Position numbers and translations under genes: made by a program. DNA of 59,354 nucleotides from an uncultured Lachnospiraceae bacterium (lineage in GTDB: Bacteria > Bacillota > Clostridia > Lachnospirales > Lachnospiraceae): contig CAYOMP010000001.1 in the NCBI GenBank assembly GCA_964405075.1, forward strand, positions 1 to 59,354, in the 5' to 3' direction. Of the stretch, positions 41,102-50,264 are shown piece by piece; the first letter of the stretch is position 1, and every line of letters begins with the position of its first letter. A model generated the notes under the pieces. It was not told the origin of the DNA, searched no databases, and was given only the letters and a program-made list of their open reading frames with translations.

Positions 41102-41214
41102 AAGATTTTATGTATAATATATATGATATAATTTTATGGCAATAATTGCTTATCAATAAGAAAAAATATGGGAAGGTACAATGCATTTGGGAAGATGTAT
41201 TAAGGTAGAGGACA

Positions 41215-43194
41215 ATGAATAAGAAAAAAACATCTATTAAAATGAAACTCATAGGAATAATTACACCTGTGATAATTGTAGCAGTTACATTATTGATAAT
41301 AATAGCCTATGGTGTTTCAAAAAATATAATTGAAGAGAATTCAAAGAGTTTATTGAATTCATCTATTAATAATCAGAGTACTCAAATTGAAAACTGGCTT
41401 GAGGAAAATCTGGCTTCATTTGAAACAGTTAAAAGATATATGGAGGGAACAAGTCTTTCAAAGGAAGAACTAAATCATATGCTGGAACAGTATTATGACT
41501 ATGATTCTGACTTTCCTGAGGGACTTTACATAGGAACGGAAAAAGGAGATTTGATAAAAGCACAGGAGTCACAAAAGGCTTCACAGGATTTATTAAATTC
41601 ATCGTGGTATACACAGGGTCTTACAAGAGTAAATATGGCGTTTGGTACTGCATATACAAATGAAAATGGTGAAAATATTATAAGTGCTTCGGGAATTATT
41701 AATGACAAAAGTGGGGAACTGAGTGTGTTGTCGGCAGATGTTCCGTTAGATCATGTAAGCGTTATTGTAAACTCAATGGTTGAAATGAAAGGTGCACAGG
41801 CATTCCTTGTAGATACAACGGATTATACTATTTTGGCACATCGTGACAGTGAAAGAATATCTGCAACAATGTCAGAGGAAGATGATGATAAGTTCATGGC
41901 AGATATTGCCTCAAGAATAAAAGCGAATGATATGAGTACTGTCGAGATTGACGACAATCTTGTTGCCTTTGAGAAGGTTTCAGGTACGGAATGGGTATTG
42001 GTTTCATTTGTGCCTAATGCTGTAATTTTTGCGGATTTATATAATCTTAGAACAATAATGATTATTATTGCAGTAGTTTCGTTGATAGTATTAGTACTTC
42101 TTATAGAGAGAGTTGTGCATATTGTAATAAAACCTGTTAAGGGAATAACAGATGATATTAAACGTATGGCTGAGGGTGATTTTACAATTGAGATTGCCAC
42201 AAAGGGAAATGATGAAATTGCCGTAATGGGTGAAAGCGTAAAGAATTTTATAGAATCCATGCGTGATATGATTGCAAGCCTTAAAACAGTATCTACTAAA
42301 ATGGGAGAACAGGCAGAGGGAAGCATTACAGTTTCTAAAGAGTTGTATGATTCGTCAGTAGTTCAGTCAGACTCAATGAAAGAGCTTAATATTACTGTAG
42401 ATCAGTTGTCTTCATCGGTTAACGAGATAGCTGAAAGTGCTACAACGTTGGCAATGCTGGTTTCAGATACAAAGCAAGACGGCGACAAGGTTAATGATAA
42501 GATGAAAGAAACTGTGGATCTTTCAGAAAAAGGCAAGCAGGATATGCAGCAGGTTGGAGAGGCAATGAGCAATATTGGCAATTCAATCAGCAAGCTTGAG
42601 GTTGTAGTGAATAAGGTAGGAACTGCCTCAGAGGAAATCACAAATATCGTATCATTAATTGGAAATATTGCAGAGGAAACAAATCTTTTAGCATTAAATG
42701 CTTCTATTGAGGCGGCAAGAGCAGGAGAGGCAGGAAGAGGATTTGCGGTAGTTGCCGCTGAAATAGGAAAGCTGGCAAGTACAAGTGCGGAAGCAGTGCT
42801 TAATATTCAGAAACTCATTGATGAAGTTATAGTGCTCGTGGGAGATACAGTAAAACAAACAGAGGAAAGTGCGGCAAACATTAAGGAAAACGGTGAAATG
42901 ATTCAAGAAGCCATTGATACGTTCGGAATTATCTTTAAAAACATAGAAGTTACTAACGAATTAATCAAGGAAATGCTGGATAAGGTAGATCAGGTAGATG
43001 CTGTTGCAACAAATGCAGCTGCTATTTCAGAGGAGCAGGCGGCAAGTACAGATGAAATTATGGCAACGGCAGAAAATATGGTGGTTCAGTCTAACAACAT
43101 TATGAAGAACAGCGAGAGTGTTGCAAGTGATGCTGATGACTTGGCAAAAACTTCAGAAGAACTTGAACAGCAGATTAGTATTTTTAGAATATAG
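41215..43194 (+). CDS. methyl-accepting chemotaxis protein with an extracytoplasmic dCache-like sensor
   Basis: TM1, about 250-aa periplasmic-type domain, TM2, HAMP. Conserved signalling hairpin [27 protein letters not shown]. Confidence 0.9.
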   Translation: MNKKKTSIKMKLIGIITPVIIVAVTLLIIIAYGVSKNIIEENSKSLLNSSINNQSTQIENWLEENLASFETVKRYMEGTSLSKEELNHMLEQYYDYDSDFPEGLYIGTEKGDLIKAQESQKASQDLLNSSWYTQGLTRVNMAFGTAYTNENGENIISASGIINDKSGELSVLSADVPLDHVSVIVNSMVEMKGAQAFLVDTTDYTILAHRDSERISATMSEEDDDKFMADIASRIKANDMSTVEIDDNLVAFEKVSGTEWVLVSFVPNAVIFADLYNLRTIMIIIAVVSLIVLVLLIERVVHIVIKPVKGITDDIKRMAEGDFTIEIATKGNDEIAVMGESVKNFIESMRDMIASLKTVSTKMGEQAEGSITVSKELYDSSVVQSDSMKELNITVDQLSSSVNEIAESATTLAMLVSDTKQDGDKVNDKMKETVDLSEKGKQDMQQVGEAMSNIGNSISKLEVVVNKVGTASEEITNIVSLIGNIAEETNLLALNASIEAARAGEAGRGFAVVAAEIGKLASTSAEAVLNIQKLIDEVIVLVGDTVKQTEESAANIKENGEMIQEAIDTFGIIFKNIEVTNELIKEMLDKVDQVDAVATNAAAISEEQAASTDEIMATAENMVVQSNNIMKNSESVASDADDLAKTSEELEQQISIFRI

Positions 43195-43209
43195 GCGGAG
43201 GGAATCAGC

Positions 43210-44217
43210 ATGAAAAGTAATTTTATTAAAAAAGTAATTAATATATTTGTGACAGCTGTTTTAATGGGCTGTATGTTGACAGGCTGTGGAGAAAGCCAAA
43301 ATACCGCTTCAAACTCAGGCGGTTCATCGGTAAAGGTATATATGAATCTTGCAACAAGTACAGATACATTTAGAAACACTATAGTGGAGGCTGCAAAAAG
43401 TACTGCAGCCCAAGCGGGAGTTGAACTTACGGTGGAAGCTGCAGAAGGCTCTGTAGATGCCCAGTCGGCACAGATAAAGCAGGCGGTTTCCTCAGGTTAT
43501 GATGTTATTATATGTAATCCTGTAGATCCTGCTACTGCATTACAGCTTGAAGTTGCGGCAGGAGAGCTTCCGATTGTATTTTTCAACAGCTGTCCTGATG
43601 AAAATGCCTTAGAGGCGGGAAAATACGTTTATGTAGGTTCTGATGAAAAAGTTGCAGGTGAATATCAGACAGAAAAAGCATTGGAAATGCTTAGTAGTAA
43701 GGATGAAATAAATGTAGCATTATTTATGGGTGAGAAAGGACACTCTGCTACAGTAGGAAGAACAGATGCAGTTAAACATGCACTAAAGGTCAGCGGAAAG
43801 AAAATCAATTATGTATTTTGTGACTACGCAAATTGGGACACTGATATTGCAGCAGAAATGTACAAACTGTTTTTAAAGACTGGAAAGACGGCAGATTGTG
43901 TTATATGTAACAATGACTCTATGGCATTAGGCGTAATCAAGGCATGCAAGGAGGAGGGCATAGATTTGTCAACTCTTCCGATTTTAGGTGTAGATGCCAC
44001 TACAGAGGGATGTCTGGCAATAAAAAATGGAGAAATGAGCTTTACAGTTTATCAGTCAGCAAGTGGACAGGGAAAAGCAGTTATTGATGCGGCAAAAGCA
44101 TTAGCTGCAGGACAAGGTCTGGATAATGTTGAGTATGTTTCGGATGATAAAATATATGTATGGGTTCCGTTTGAAAAGGTTGATTCATCTAATGTAGATA
44201 ATTATATGTCAAAATAA
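43210..44217 (+). CDS. type I periplasmic sugar-binding lipoprotein (MglB/RbsB-like), with no cognate ABC permease or ATPase nearby
   Basis: Lipobox LTGC. PBP type I pattern (ICNPVD, VGSDE, CNNDSMALG, GVDAT). GGAGGG RBS 15 nt after the MCP stop. Confidence 0.85.
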   Translation: MKSNFIKKVINIFVTAVLMGCMLTGCGESQNTASNSGGSSVKVYMNLATSTDTFRNTIVEAAKSTAAQAGVELTVEAAEGSVDAQSAQIKQAVSSGYDVIICNPVDPATALQLEVAAGELPIVFFNSCPDENALEAGKYVYVGSDEKVAGEYQTEKALEMLSSKDEINVALFMGEKGHSATVGRTDAVKHALKVSGKKINYVFCDYANWDTDIAAEMYKLFLKTGKTADCVICNNDSMALGVIKACKEEGIDLSTLPILGVDATTEGCLAIKNGEMSFTVYQSASGQGKAVIDAAKALAAGQGLDNVEYVSDDKIYVWVPFEKVDSSNVDNYMSK

Positions 44218-44221
44218 TATA

Positions 44222-44255
44222 AATCCCCTGTGACGATATAACGTCACAGGGGATT
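44222..44255. repeat. hairpin repeat element, copy 2 (bidirectional terminator position)
   Basis: Perfect 14-bp arms AATCCCCTGTGACG/CGTCACAGGGGATT with a 6-nt loop. Confidence 0.75.
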
Positions 44256-44292
44256 ATTATATATGATTATTGTATTATGAACTTCAGGGTAT

Positions 44293-45237
44293 TTATTCAC
44301 TTTGTGCGGACGAGGTTTGCCCTGAAATAGGACTATAGTGAATGCGTACTGAAATGTCTTGATTGTAATTTCCAAAATTCTTCCCAAATATAGTAAGACC
44401 GCCTACATGCTCTGCGTCTTCTTCTACTTCAAGCTTGAGCTTTATTGAGCTTCTGTAGTCAAAGTTAAACTCATCAATCGTTACGTCAGATACCTGTAAT
44501 CCGTCAATAAAAGTTCCCTTTTGATTGATAACCAAAATTTTTAAAAGTCCATACTGATTCCAATTAGGGTGCCACCAGTCAGGAGTAAATATTCCCTTAA
44601 CATTTCCAAAGTCGCCGGGGCTGGTCCAAAGGGCTATTTTTCTGTCATTTATCAAAAATGAAATATCAGAAGGCCATACGTCGTTAACTCCCGGAGCTTC
44701 TGAACTGATTTCCAAAGAAAATGTTATCTGGTCAATCTTTTGTCCAAAAGGAATAAAATTTGGAATGATATATTCTACATAACCTCTGGTAAACCAGAGA
44801 ATATCGGCATTATACCTGTCAGGGTGGGCAAAGTAACGTGTATCATCTACCTCTCCTATAAGGGTAGAGTTTGATGCAAGACCGCAGGTAGGATATACGT
44901 TGTAATCTGAAAAATGACCAACTTTAAGGTCAGTCTGATATACATTTGTAAAATCCTCCTGTGTATCCATTTCGATGAGAATTTTATCAAGATGTACGGA
45001 GCATTTCTTCTGATTGCCGTGGCCTGCAACTTCATTGGATATGGTAACTAAACCGCAATCCTCAAGCTTTTTGATATGAGCAGTCAGGGCACCATTGGTA
45101 ATATTAAGTTTGCCTGCCAGCTCGTTCATATTCATTCCGTGATTTTCTAATAGAATTTTTATAATTTCTATCCTGACTTCAGAGCCTAATGCTTTGAAAA
45201 TATCAAGCCCTTCATCTAATGATTTTATATGAAGCAT
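44293..45237 (-). CDS. ArsR-type winged-helix regulator with a C-terminal domain of about 220 aa and unknown function
   Basis: N-terminus FKALGSEVRIEIIKILLENHGMNMNELAGKLNITNGALTAHIKKLEDCGLV. The remainder is beta-rich and Trp-rich (PDWWHPNWNQYG). Confidence 0.75.
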   Translation of the reverse strand: MLHIKSLDEGLDIFKALGSEVRIEIIKILLENHGMNMNELAGKLNITNGALTAHIKKLEDCGLVTISNEVAGHGNQKKCSVHLDKILIEMDTQEDFTNVYQTDLKVGHFSDYNVYPTCGLASNSTLIGEVDDTRYFAHPDRYNADILWFTRGYVEYIIPNFIPFGQKIDQITFSLEISSEAPGVNDVWPSDISFLINDRKIALWTSPGDFGNVKGIFTPDWWHPNWNQYGLLKILVINQKGTFIDGLQVSDVTIDEFNFDYRSSIKLKLEVEEDAEHVGGLTIFGKNFGNYNQDISVRIHYSPISGQTSSAQSE

Positions 45238-45308
45238 ATGAATCTCCTGTATTCGAAATTTATTTTAGATAATGTTAAAATAATATATATTTGATTATAT
45301 CAGTTTGT

Positions 45309-45337
45309 GGGGATTAGTCAATATTTAACGCTTTTTT
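45309..45337 (+). repeat. partial (right-half + tail) copy of the hairpin repeat element
   Basis: GGGGATTAGTCAATATTTAACGCTTTTTT versus GGGGATTGTTAATATTTAACGTTTTTTT at 41074-41101. No left arm is present. Confidence 0.6.
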
Positions 45338-45349
45338 CCAACTTAGAAA

Positions 45350-45901
45350 CTATATATCCACTGACTGAAAACCCTCATGTAAAATATCAATAAATATATT
45401 ATAATCTGTAGCCATATCTTCTTCAATCCATTTCAACAGTAGACTATGCATTCCACCTAGGCTGTAAGCAAACAGGTAAGATAAATTGTCTGCAAAGTAT
45501 GAAGCGGTTTCTTTAGAACGAACCATCTCAAATACTTTTAAGGAATAGTTATAAGATACTTTATTAACAAGGTATAGTAAGTTATGTTTCTTTAACAATA
45601 AGAGCAAATCCTTTTCACCTTCCCAGAAGGAAAATAAGCATTTAACCATATCCCAATAATGCTGAATTTGCTGCTTTTCAATCATTGAGATGAAGAGAGT
45701 GGATTTTTCTCCAAGAAGATATTCTATAACAGACTCTTTATCAGAAAACAAGCGGTAGAAGGTTTTCCTTGAAAGGTCAGCTTCTCCGGCAATCTGTGTA
45801 ATGGTAATTTCTTTAAAAGTATACGTATTCATTAGAGTCAGTAAAGCTTTTGCAATACTTTGCTTAGATTGTTCTGCTATTTTCCAGTTTGTAGTATTCA
45901 T
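45350..45901 (-). CDS. TetR/AcrR-family transcriptional regulator
   Basis: N-terminal HTH FKEITITQIAGEADLSRKTFYRLFSDKESV. Confidence 0.85.
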   Translation of the reverse strand: MNTTNWKIAEQSKQSIAKALLTLMNTYTFKEITITQIAGEADLSRKTFYRLFSDKESVIEYLLGEKSTLFISMIEKQQIQHYWDMVKCLFSFWEGEKDLLLLLKKHNLLYLVNKVSYNYSLKVFEMVRSKETASYFADNLSYLFAYSLGGMHSLLLKWIEEDMATDYNIFIDILHEGFQSVDI

Positions 45902-45956
45902 AAATTATTTAACACGTAATTTGAAAATCTGGTGTTTTTCCTTTCTAAAAATTGAA

Positions 45957-45983
45957 GGGGTTACAAAGGAGCCAATGTGTAAC
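45957..45983. promoter_or_regulatory. candidate TetR operator 1
   Basis: GGGGTTACA-N12-TGTAAC inverted repeat in the divergent intergenic region. Confidence 0.3.
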
Positions 45984-46037
45984 ACAATAGCTGGAAGTAT
46001 TGAATTATCACTTTGGTTAGTATACATTATTTTTATA

Positions 46038-46054
46038 GGGGTTACAAGTGTAGC
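46038..46054. promoter_or_regulatory. candidate TetR operator 2
   Basis: GGGGTTACAAGTGTAGC. It repeats the GGGGTTACA half-site 81 bp from copy 1. Confidence 0.3.
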
Positions 46055-46183
46055 ACATTAGAAAATTAAGATATGTAGGAGTGGTAAAACAACATTAATA
46101 TGAATGATTAAGAAGCAAAGCAGCAATTAGATGAATTGAAAATAGTCTTAAACTTGTATTAGCAAGATTTGGAGGTAAATATT

Positions 46184-46561
46184 ATGAATTATGACAGGCA
46201 AATCATAGGTCAAACATTAACAGAAAAATACGGAATTGATTCAGATTTTAAGATTTTCAGATATGCTTATCGAGATGACTGGGAAGAGGCTAAGGCCAGA
46301 TTCATTGTTAGATTTAAATTAAAGAAAATGAATGTAAATGCCAATAAGTTATTTTCTAATATTCCTAAGCTGGTTCTATTTCGTTTCAAGGGTTTTAAAG
46401 CTAAATATTGGTTGTGTAATGAAAAGACCAACGAGTGTATGGGAGTATATCATTGGGCGACGTATGAGGATGCAAAACATTATTCTGAAAGCATTGCCAT
46501 GCGTTTCATGACGAAGCGTTCTGTAGCTGGAAGCGTTAATTTTGAAATTATCCAATTATGA
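46184..46561 (+). CDS. hypothetical protein, possibly a YdhR/ABM-like small alpha+beta protein
   Basis: GGAGG at 46171 favours ATG 46184. Weak resemblance only (GFKAKYWL...GVYHWATYEDAKHY). Confidence 0.5.
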   Translation: MNYDRQIIGQTLTEKYGIDSDFKIFRYAYRDDWEEAKARFIVRFKLKKMNVNANKLFSNIPKLVLFRFKGFKAKYWLCNEKTNECMGVYHWATYEDAKHYSESIAMRFMTKRSVAGSVNFEIIQL

Positions 46562-46691
46562 GCTTTGTATTTATTTTGCCTATAAAATTCAGACACTTTG
46601 TATTTTGGGATTTTGTTGGTACCGTACCAGAAAAAAATTGTGATATTAGTACATTTTAACTAAAGTTGTAACAGGAATTAGGAGTGAGATT

Positions 46692-47534
46692 ATGAAGAAA
46701 GAAGAAAAAGTTATTGTAATTACGGGAGCATCAACAGGGATTGGTTATGGAATCGCAACAGAACTGGCTGGCGATGGGAATAAGGTTTATGCAGGCTGTA
46801 GAAAAAAATCTGATATAGAAAGGCTATCGGCTATAACTAATATAAAAGCCATCGAATTAGATATTACAAAGATAGAGCAAATTAATGAAGCTGTGGAAAG
46901 AATAAAAAAAGAAGAGGGGCATATTGATGTATTAATAAATAATGCAGGTATTACCGGATGGGGAGCAATTATGGATAGGGATATGGAGTACATAAGAAGG
47001 GTAATGGAAGTAAACTTCTTTGGTCATGTACAAAATATTAAGATGTTCTATCCATTACTAAAGGAGTCTAAGAAAAATCCTGTTATCATTAATATTAGTT
47101 CACAAGCGGGTAATTATGCTTTACCATTTTGGGCAGCTTATCATAGTAGTAAGTGGGCTTTAGAAGCATTTTCACATTGTCTTAGAGGAGAATTACAGGC
47201 ATATGGCATTCGTGTGGCAATTATTCAGCCTGGTGCAATTAAGTCACAGGCATTTGAGAAGGATAAAGATGACTTCAGGGAATATAAATCCCAAATAGAT
47301 ACTTCAGATTTTGTAAAATATGCAATTCCATCATTAGATGCAGCATTTAACAGACCTCCTATTTCAAGGGATAAATCACCTGTGTTGATTGCCAATGCTG
47401 TACGTAAAATTATATATAATAAGAAAAATAAAGTATATTATCAGCCAGGTAAAAGATTAGTTCCGGACCTTGCAATGTCAATATTACCATATAAATTAGT
47501 GGACAAAATATATGGAAAGATAATGGGTATATAA
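46692..47534 (+). CDS. SDR-family oxidoreductase
   Basis: TGASTGIGYG cofactor motif, NNAG, catalytic YHSSKWAL. Confidence 0.9.
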   Translation: MKKEEKVIVITGASTGIGYGIATELAGDGNKVYAGCRKKSDIERLSAITNIKAIELDITKIEQINEAVERIKKEEGHIDVLINNAGITGWGAIMDRDMEYIRRVMEVNFFGHVQNIKMFYPLLKESKKNPVIINISSQAGNYALPFWAAYHSSKWALEAFSHCLRGELQAYGIRVAIIQPGAIKSQAFEKDKDDFREYKSQIDTSDFVKYAIPSLDAAFNRPPISRDKSPVLIANAVRKIIYNKKNKVYYQPGKRLVPDLAMSILPYKLVDKIYGKIMGI

Positions 47535-47705
47535 AACCACAGATGCTACCCTGGAGAGAATTAATGATTTGTAATATGCTGTATCAATATTTAGCGTAAT
47601 AGAACATAGCAGTTAAAATGCTTCTTTGAAAATATAGTAAAAGTTGGTTTTGTAATGGATATTGTTGTGTAAATTGTATAAAATATTGGAATTGAAAGAA
47701 AAATA

Positions 47706-47722
47706 TTTACATAATATGTAAA
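47706..47722. promoter_or_regulatory. 8-1-8 palindrome upstream of pfp
   Basis: TTTACATA-A-TATGTAAA, 86 nt upstream of ATG 47808. Confidence 0.3.
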
Positions 47723-47807
47723 AAGTTATACAATTACTAATAACAATAAAAAGGCTTATTCTTAATATTTCGAAAAGAATATGGGATTATAATGGAGGGA
47801 TGAACAT

Positions 47808-49040
47808 ATGAAAGGAAATGTTATCGTAGGTCAGTCAGGTGGACCAACTTCAGCAATCAACTCTAGTTTGGCAGGGGTATATCGTACGGCACTAGACCGT
47901 GGAGCTAAGAAAGTGTATGGGATGTTATATGGCATACAAGGTCTTTTGGAAGAAAGGTATGTAGATTTATCAGAACATATTAAGAACGACTTGGATGTAG
48001 AATTACTTAAACGTACACCGGCAGCATACCTAGGGTCTTGTAGGTATAAATTACCGGAGATTCACGAAAATAGGGAAGTATATGAGAAGGTTTTTGAAAT
48101 ATTAAATCGTTTGGACATAGAAGCGTTTATTTATATTGGGGGAAATGATTCTATGGACACTATTAAGAAGTTGTCTGATTATGCAATTGTGACAGGACAA
48201 AAAACCAGATTTGTCGGTTGTCCTAAGACAATTGATAATGATTTGGCATTAACTGACCATACACCGGGGTATGGTAGTGCGGCTAAATATATTGGAACTT
48301 CTGTAAAAGAAATTATTAGAGATGGATTTTGTTTGGAATATACCAATGGTGTTGTTACTATTGTTGAGATTATGGGACGTAATGCAGGTTGGTTAACTGG
48401 TGCTTCTGCACTTGCTAAAGGTGAAGATTGTCCGGGACCGGATTTAATTTATTTGCCGGAGATTCCCTTTGATCTTGAGGACTTTAGTAAACGTATTAAA
48501 GAATTACTTAAGAAAAAAAGTTCAATAGTAGTAGCGGTTTCAGAAGGGATTAAATTAAAGGATGGAAGGTATGTTTGTGAATTGGGGGCAAGTGTAGACT
48601 TTGTAGATGCTTTTGGTCATAAACAATTATCAGGAACGGCAAGCTATCTGGCAAGCTTTGTGGCAGGAGAGGCAGGATGTAAGACCAGAGCTATTGAATT
48701 GAGTACATTGCAAAGAGCAGCATCTCATTGTGCTTCACGAGTAGATATTTTGGAGGGGTATCAGGTAGGCGGCGCAGCAGTAAAAGCTGCAGATGAAGGT
48801 GATTCAGGTATGATGGTTGTTATTGAGAGATTTTCGGATGACCCATATCAATCAGGTACAGCTGTTAAGGATGTACATAAGATTGCAAATGATGAAAGAG
48901 TGGTCCCAAGAAATTGGGTAAATGAGGATGGAACATATGTAACAGAGGAGTTTATTACATATGTCAGACCATTGATTCAAGGAGATGTATCACCTATTAT
49001 GGTAGATGGTATTCCACGTCATTTATATCGTCCATTTTAA
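47808..49040 (+). CDS. pfp: phosphofructokinase, PPi-dependent type signature
   Basis: QSGGPTSAIN, GGNDSMDT, GCPKTIDNDL, MGRNAGW. At E. coli PfkA positions 104 and 124 it has Asp and Lys, the pattern of PPi enzymes. Confidence 0.75.
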   Translation: MKGNVIVGQSGGPTSAINSSLAGVYRTALDRGAKKVYGMLYGIQGLLEERYVDLSEHIKNDLDVELLKRTPAAYLGSCRYKLPEIHENREVYEKVFEILNRLDIEAFIYIGGNDSMDTIKKLSDYAIVTGQKTRFVGCPKTIDNDLALTDHTPGYGSAAKYIGTSVKEIIRDGFCLEYTNGVVTIVEIMGRNAGWLTGASALAKGEDCPGPDLIYLPEIPFDLEDFSKRIKELLKKKSSIVVAVSEGIKLKDGRYVCELGASVDFVDAFGHKQLSGTASYLASFVAGEAGCKTRAIELSTLQRAASHCASRVDILEGYQVGGAAVKAADEGDSGMMVVIERFSDDPYQSGTAVKDVHKIANDERVVPRNWVNEDGTYVTEEFITYVRPLIQGDVSPIMVDGIPRHLYRPF

Positions 49041-49091
49041 TATAGGCAAAGTAAGAGGAGAATAGTCTGCTTGACCAATTTTTTGCAACTG

Positions 49092-49138
49092 CCGTAAATT
49101 ATATGAAACTCGCAAAGAGTATTTCATATAATTTACGG
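49092..49138 (+). other. 17-bp perfect inverted repeat with a 13-nt loop
   Basis: CCGTAAATTATATGAAA-CTCGCAAAGAGTA-TTTCATATAATTTACGG. No T tract follows. Confidence 0.6.
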
Positions 49139-49192
49139 TAGTTGAAGGAAAAATGTAGGGTTGAATATAATTAAAGAGATGGAGGGTTACAA

Positions 49193-50083
49193 ATGTTAAT
49201 TGGTGGAATTGAGGCTGGTGGAACTAAGATGGTATGTGCCATTGGTGATGAAAACGGGAACATTATTGATAGACAATCATTTCCAACGAGAAAACCTAAG
49301 GAAACTTTTGAGGAAATGATTGATTATTTAAAAAAATGGGATATTAAGGCATTAGGTATAGGTAGTTTTGGTCCATTAGATTTAAATAGAAAATCTAGTA
49401 CATATGGATATATTACCAGTACACCTAAACCAGGTTGGAAAAACTGTGATTTTGTAGGGACTTTTAATAAGGCATTAAATGTGCCTGTTGGTTTTGACAC
49501 AGATGTTAATGGGGCAATTTTAGGGGAAGTAACTTGGGGAGCTGCTAAGGGGACTCAATCTGCTATTTATATTACAATTGGTACAGGTGTTGGAGTTGGT
49601 GTGTATGTGAATGGACAACTTTTACATGGGTTAGTTCATCCGGAGGCAGGGCATATTCTGTTAGAGAAACATCCAAATGATGTTTATAAAGGACATTGCC
49701 CATTCCATACCAATTGTTTGGAAGGATTGGCAGCAGGACCGGCTATTGAAGAACGTTGGGGAGCTAAAGGAGTGGATTTAGCTGACAGATCGGAAGTATG
49801 GGAGTTGGAAAGTTATTATATAGCTAGTGCCATAACTAATTATATATTGACATATTCACCAGAGAAAATTATCCTGTGGGGCGGTGTAATGCATCAGGAA
49901 AAAATGTTTGATATGGTTAGAAAAAATGTCAAAGATATGTTAAATGGTTATGTAGCTAACGAAATGATAACAGACAGAATAGATGAATATATTGTAAAGC
50001 CGGCTCTTGGTGAAAATCCGGGAGTTTTAGGTGCGATACAATTAGGATTAGAGGAGTACAATAGAGTTTTTAACAATCAATAA
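49193..50083 (+). CDS. ROK-family fructokinase/sugar kinase
   Basis: IGGIEAGGTKMVCAIG, DTDVNGAILGE, zinc motif HPEAGHI...GHCPFHTNCLEG. Confidence 0.85.
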   Translation: MLIGGIEAGGTKMVCAIGDENGNIIDRQSFPTRKPKETFEEMIDYLKKWDIKALGIGSFGPLDLNRKSSTYGYITSTPKPGWKNCDFVGTFNKALNVPVGFDTDVNGAILGEVTWGAAKGTQSAIYITIGTGVGVGVYVNGQLLHGLVHPEAGHILLEKHPNDVYKGHCPFHTNCLEGLAAGPAIEERWGAKGVDLADRSEVWELESYYIASAITNYILTYSPEKIILWGGVMHQEKMFDMVRKNVKDMLNGYVANEMITDRIDEYIVKPALGENPGVLGAIQLGLEEYNRVFNNQ

Positions 50084-50264
50084 TAGAAAGTTATTAATAA
50101 ACAAGATTTATATTTTGTAAAAATAAAAAAATAAAAGTAAAAAGAGTGTTAAGACTTCGGCTATTTTCTTATTTGAACATTATTTAGTGATATAATCAGC
50201 TTAAATTACAATGGTTGGATAGTGTGGTTAAAAATATAGTTGGTTTTTTGAAAGGACATGGCAT

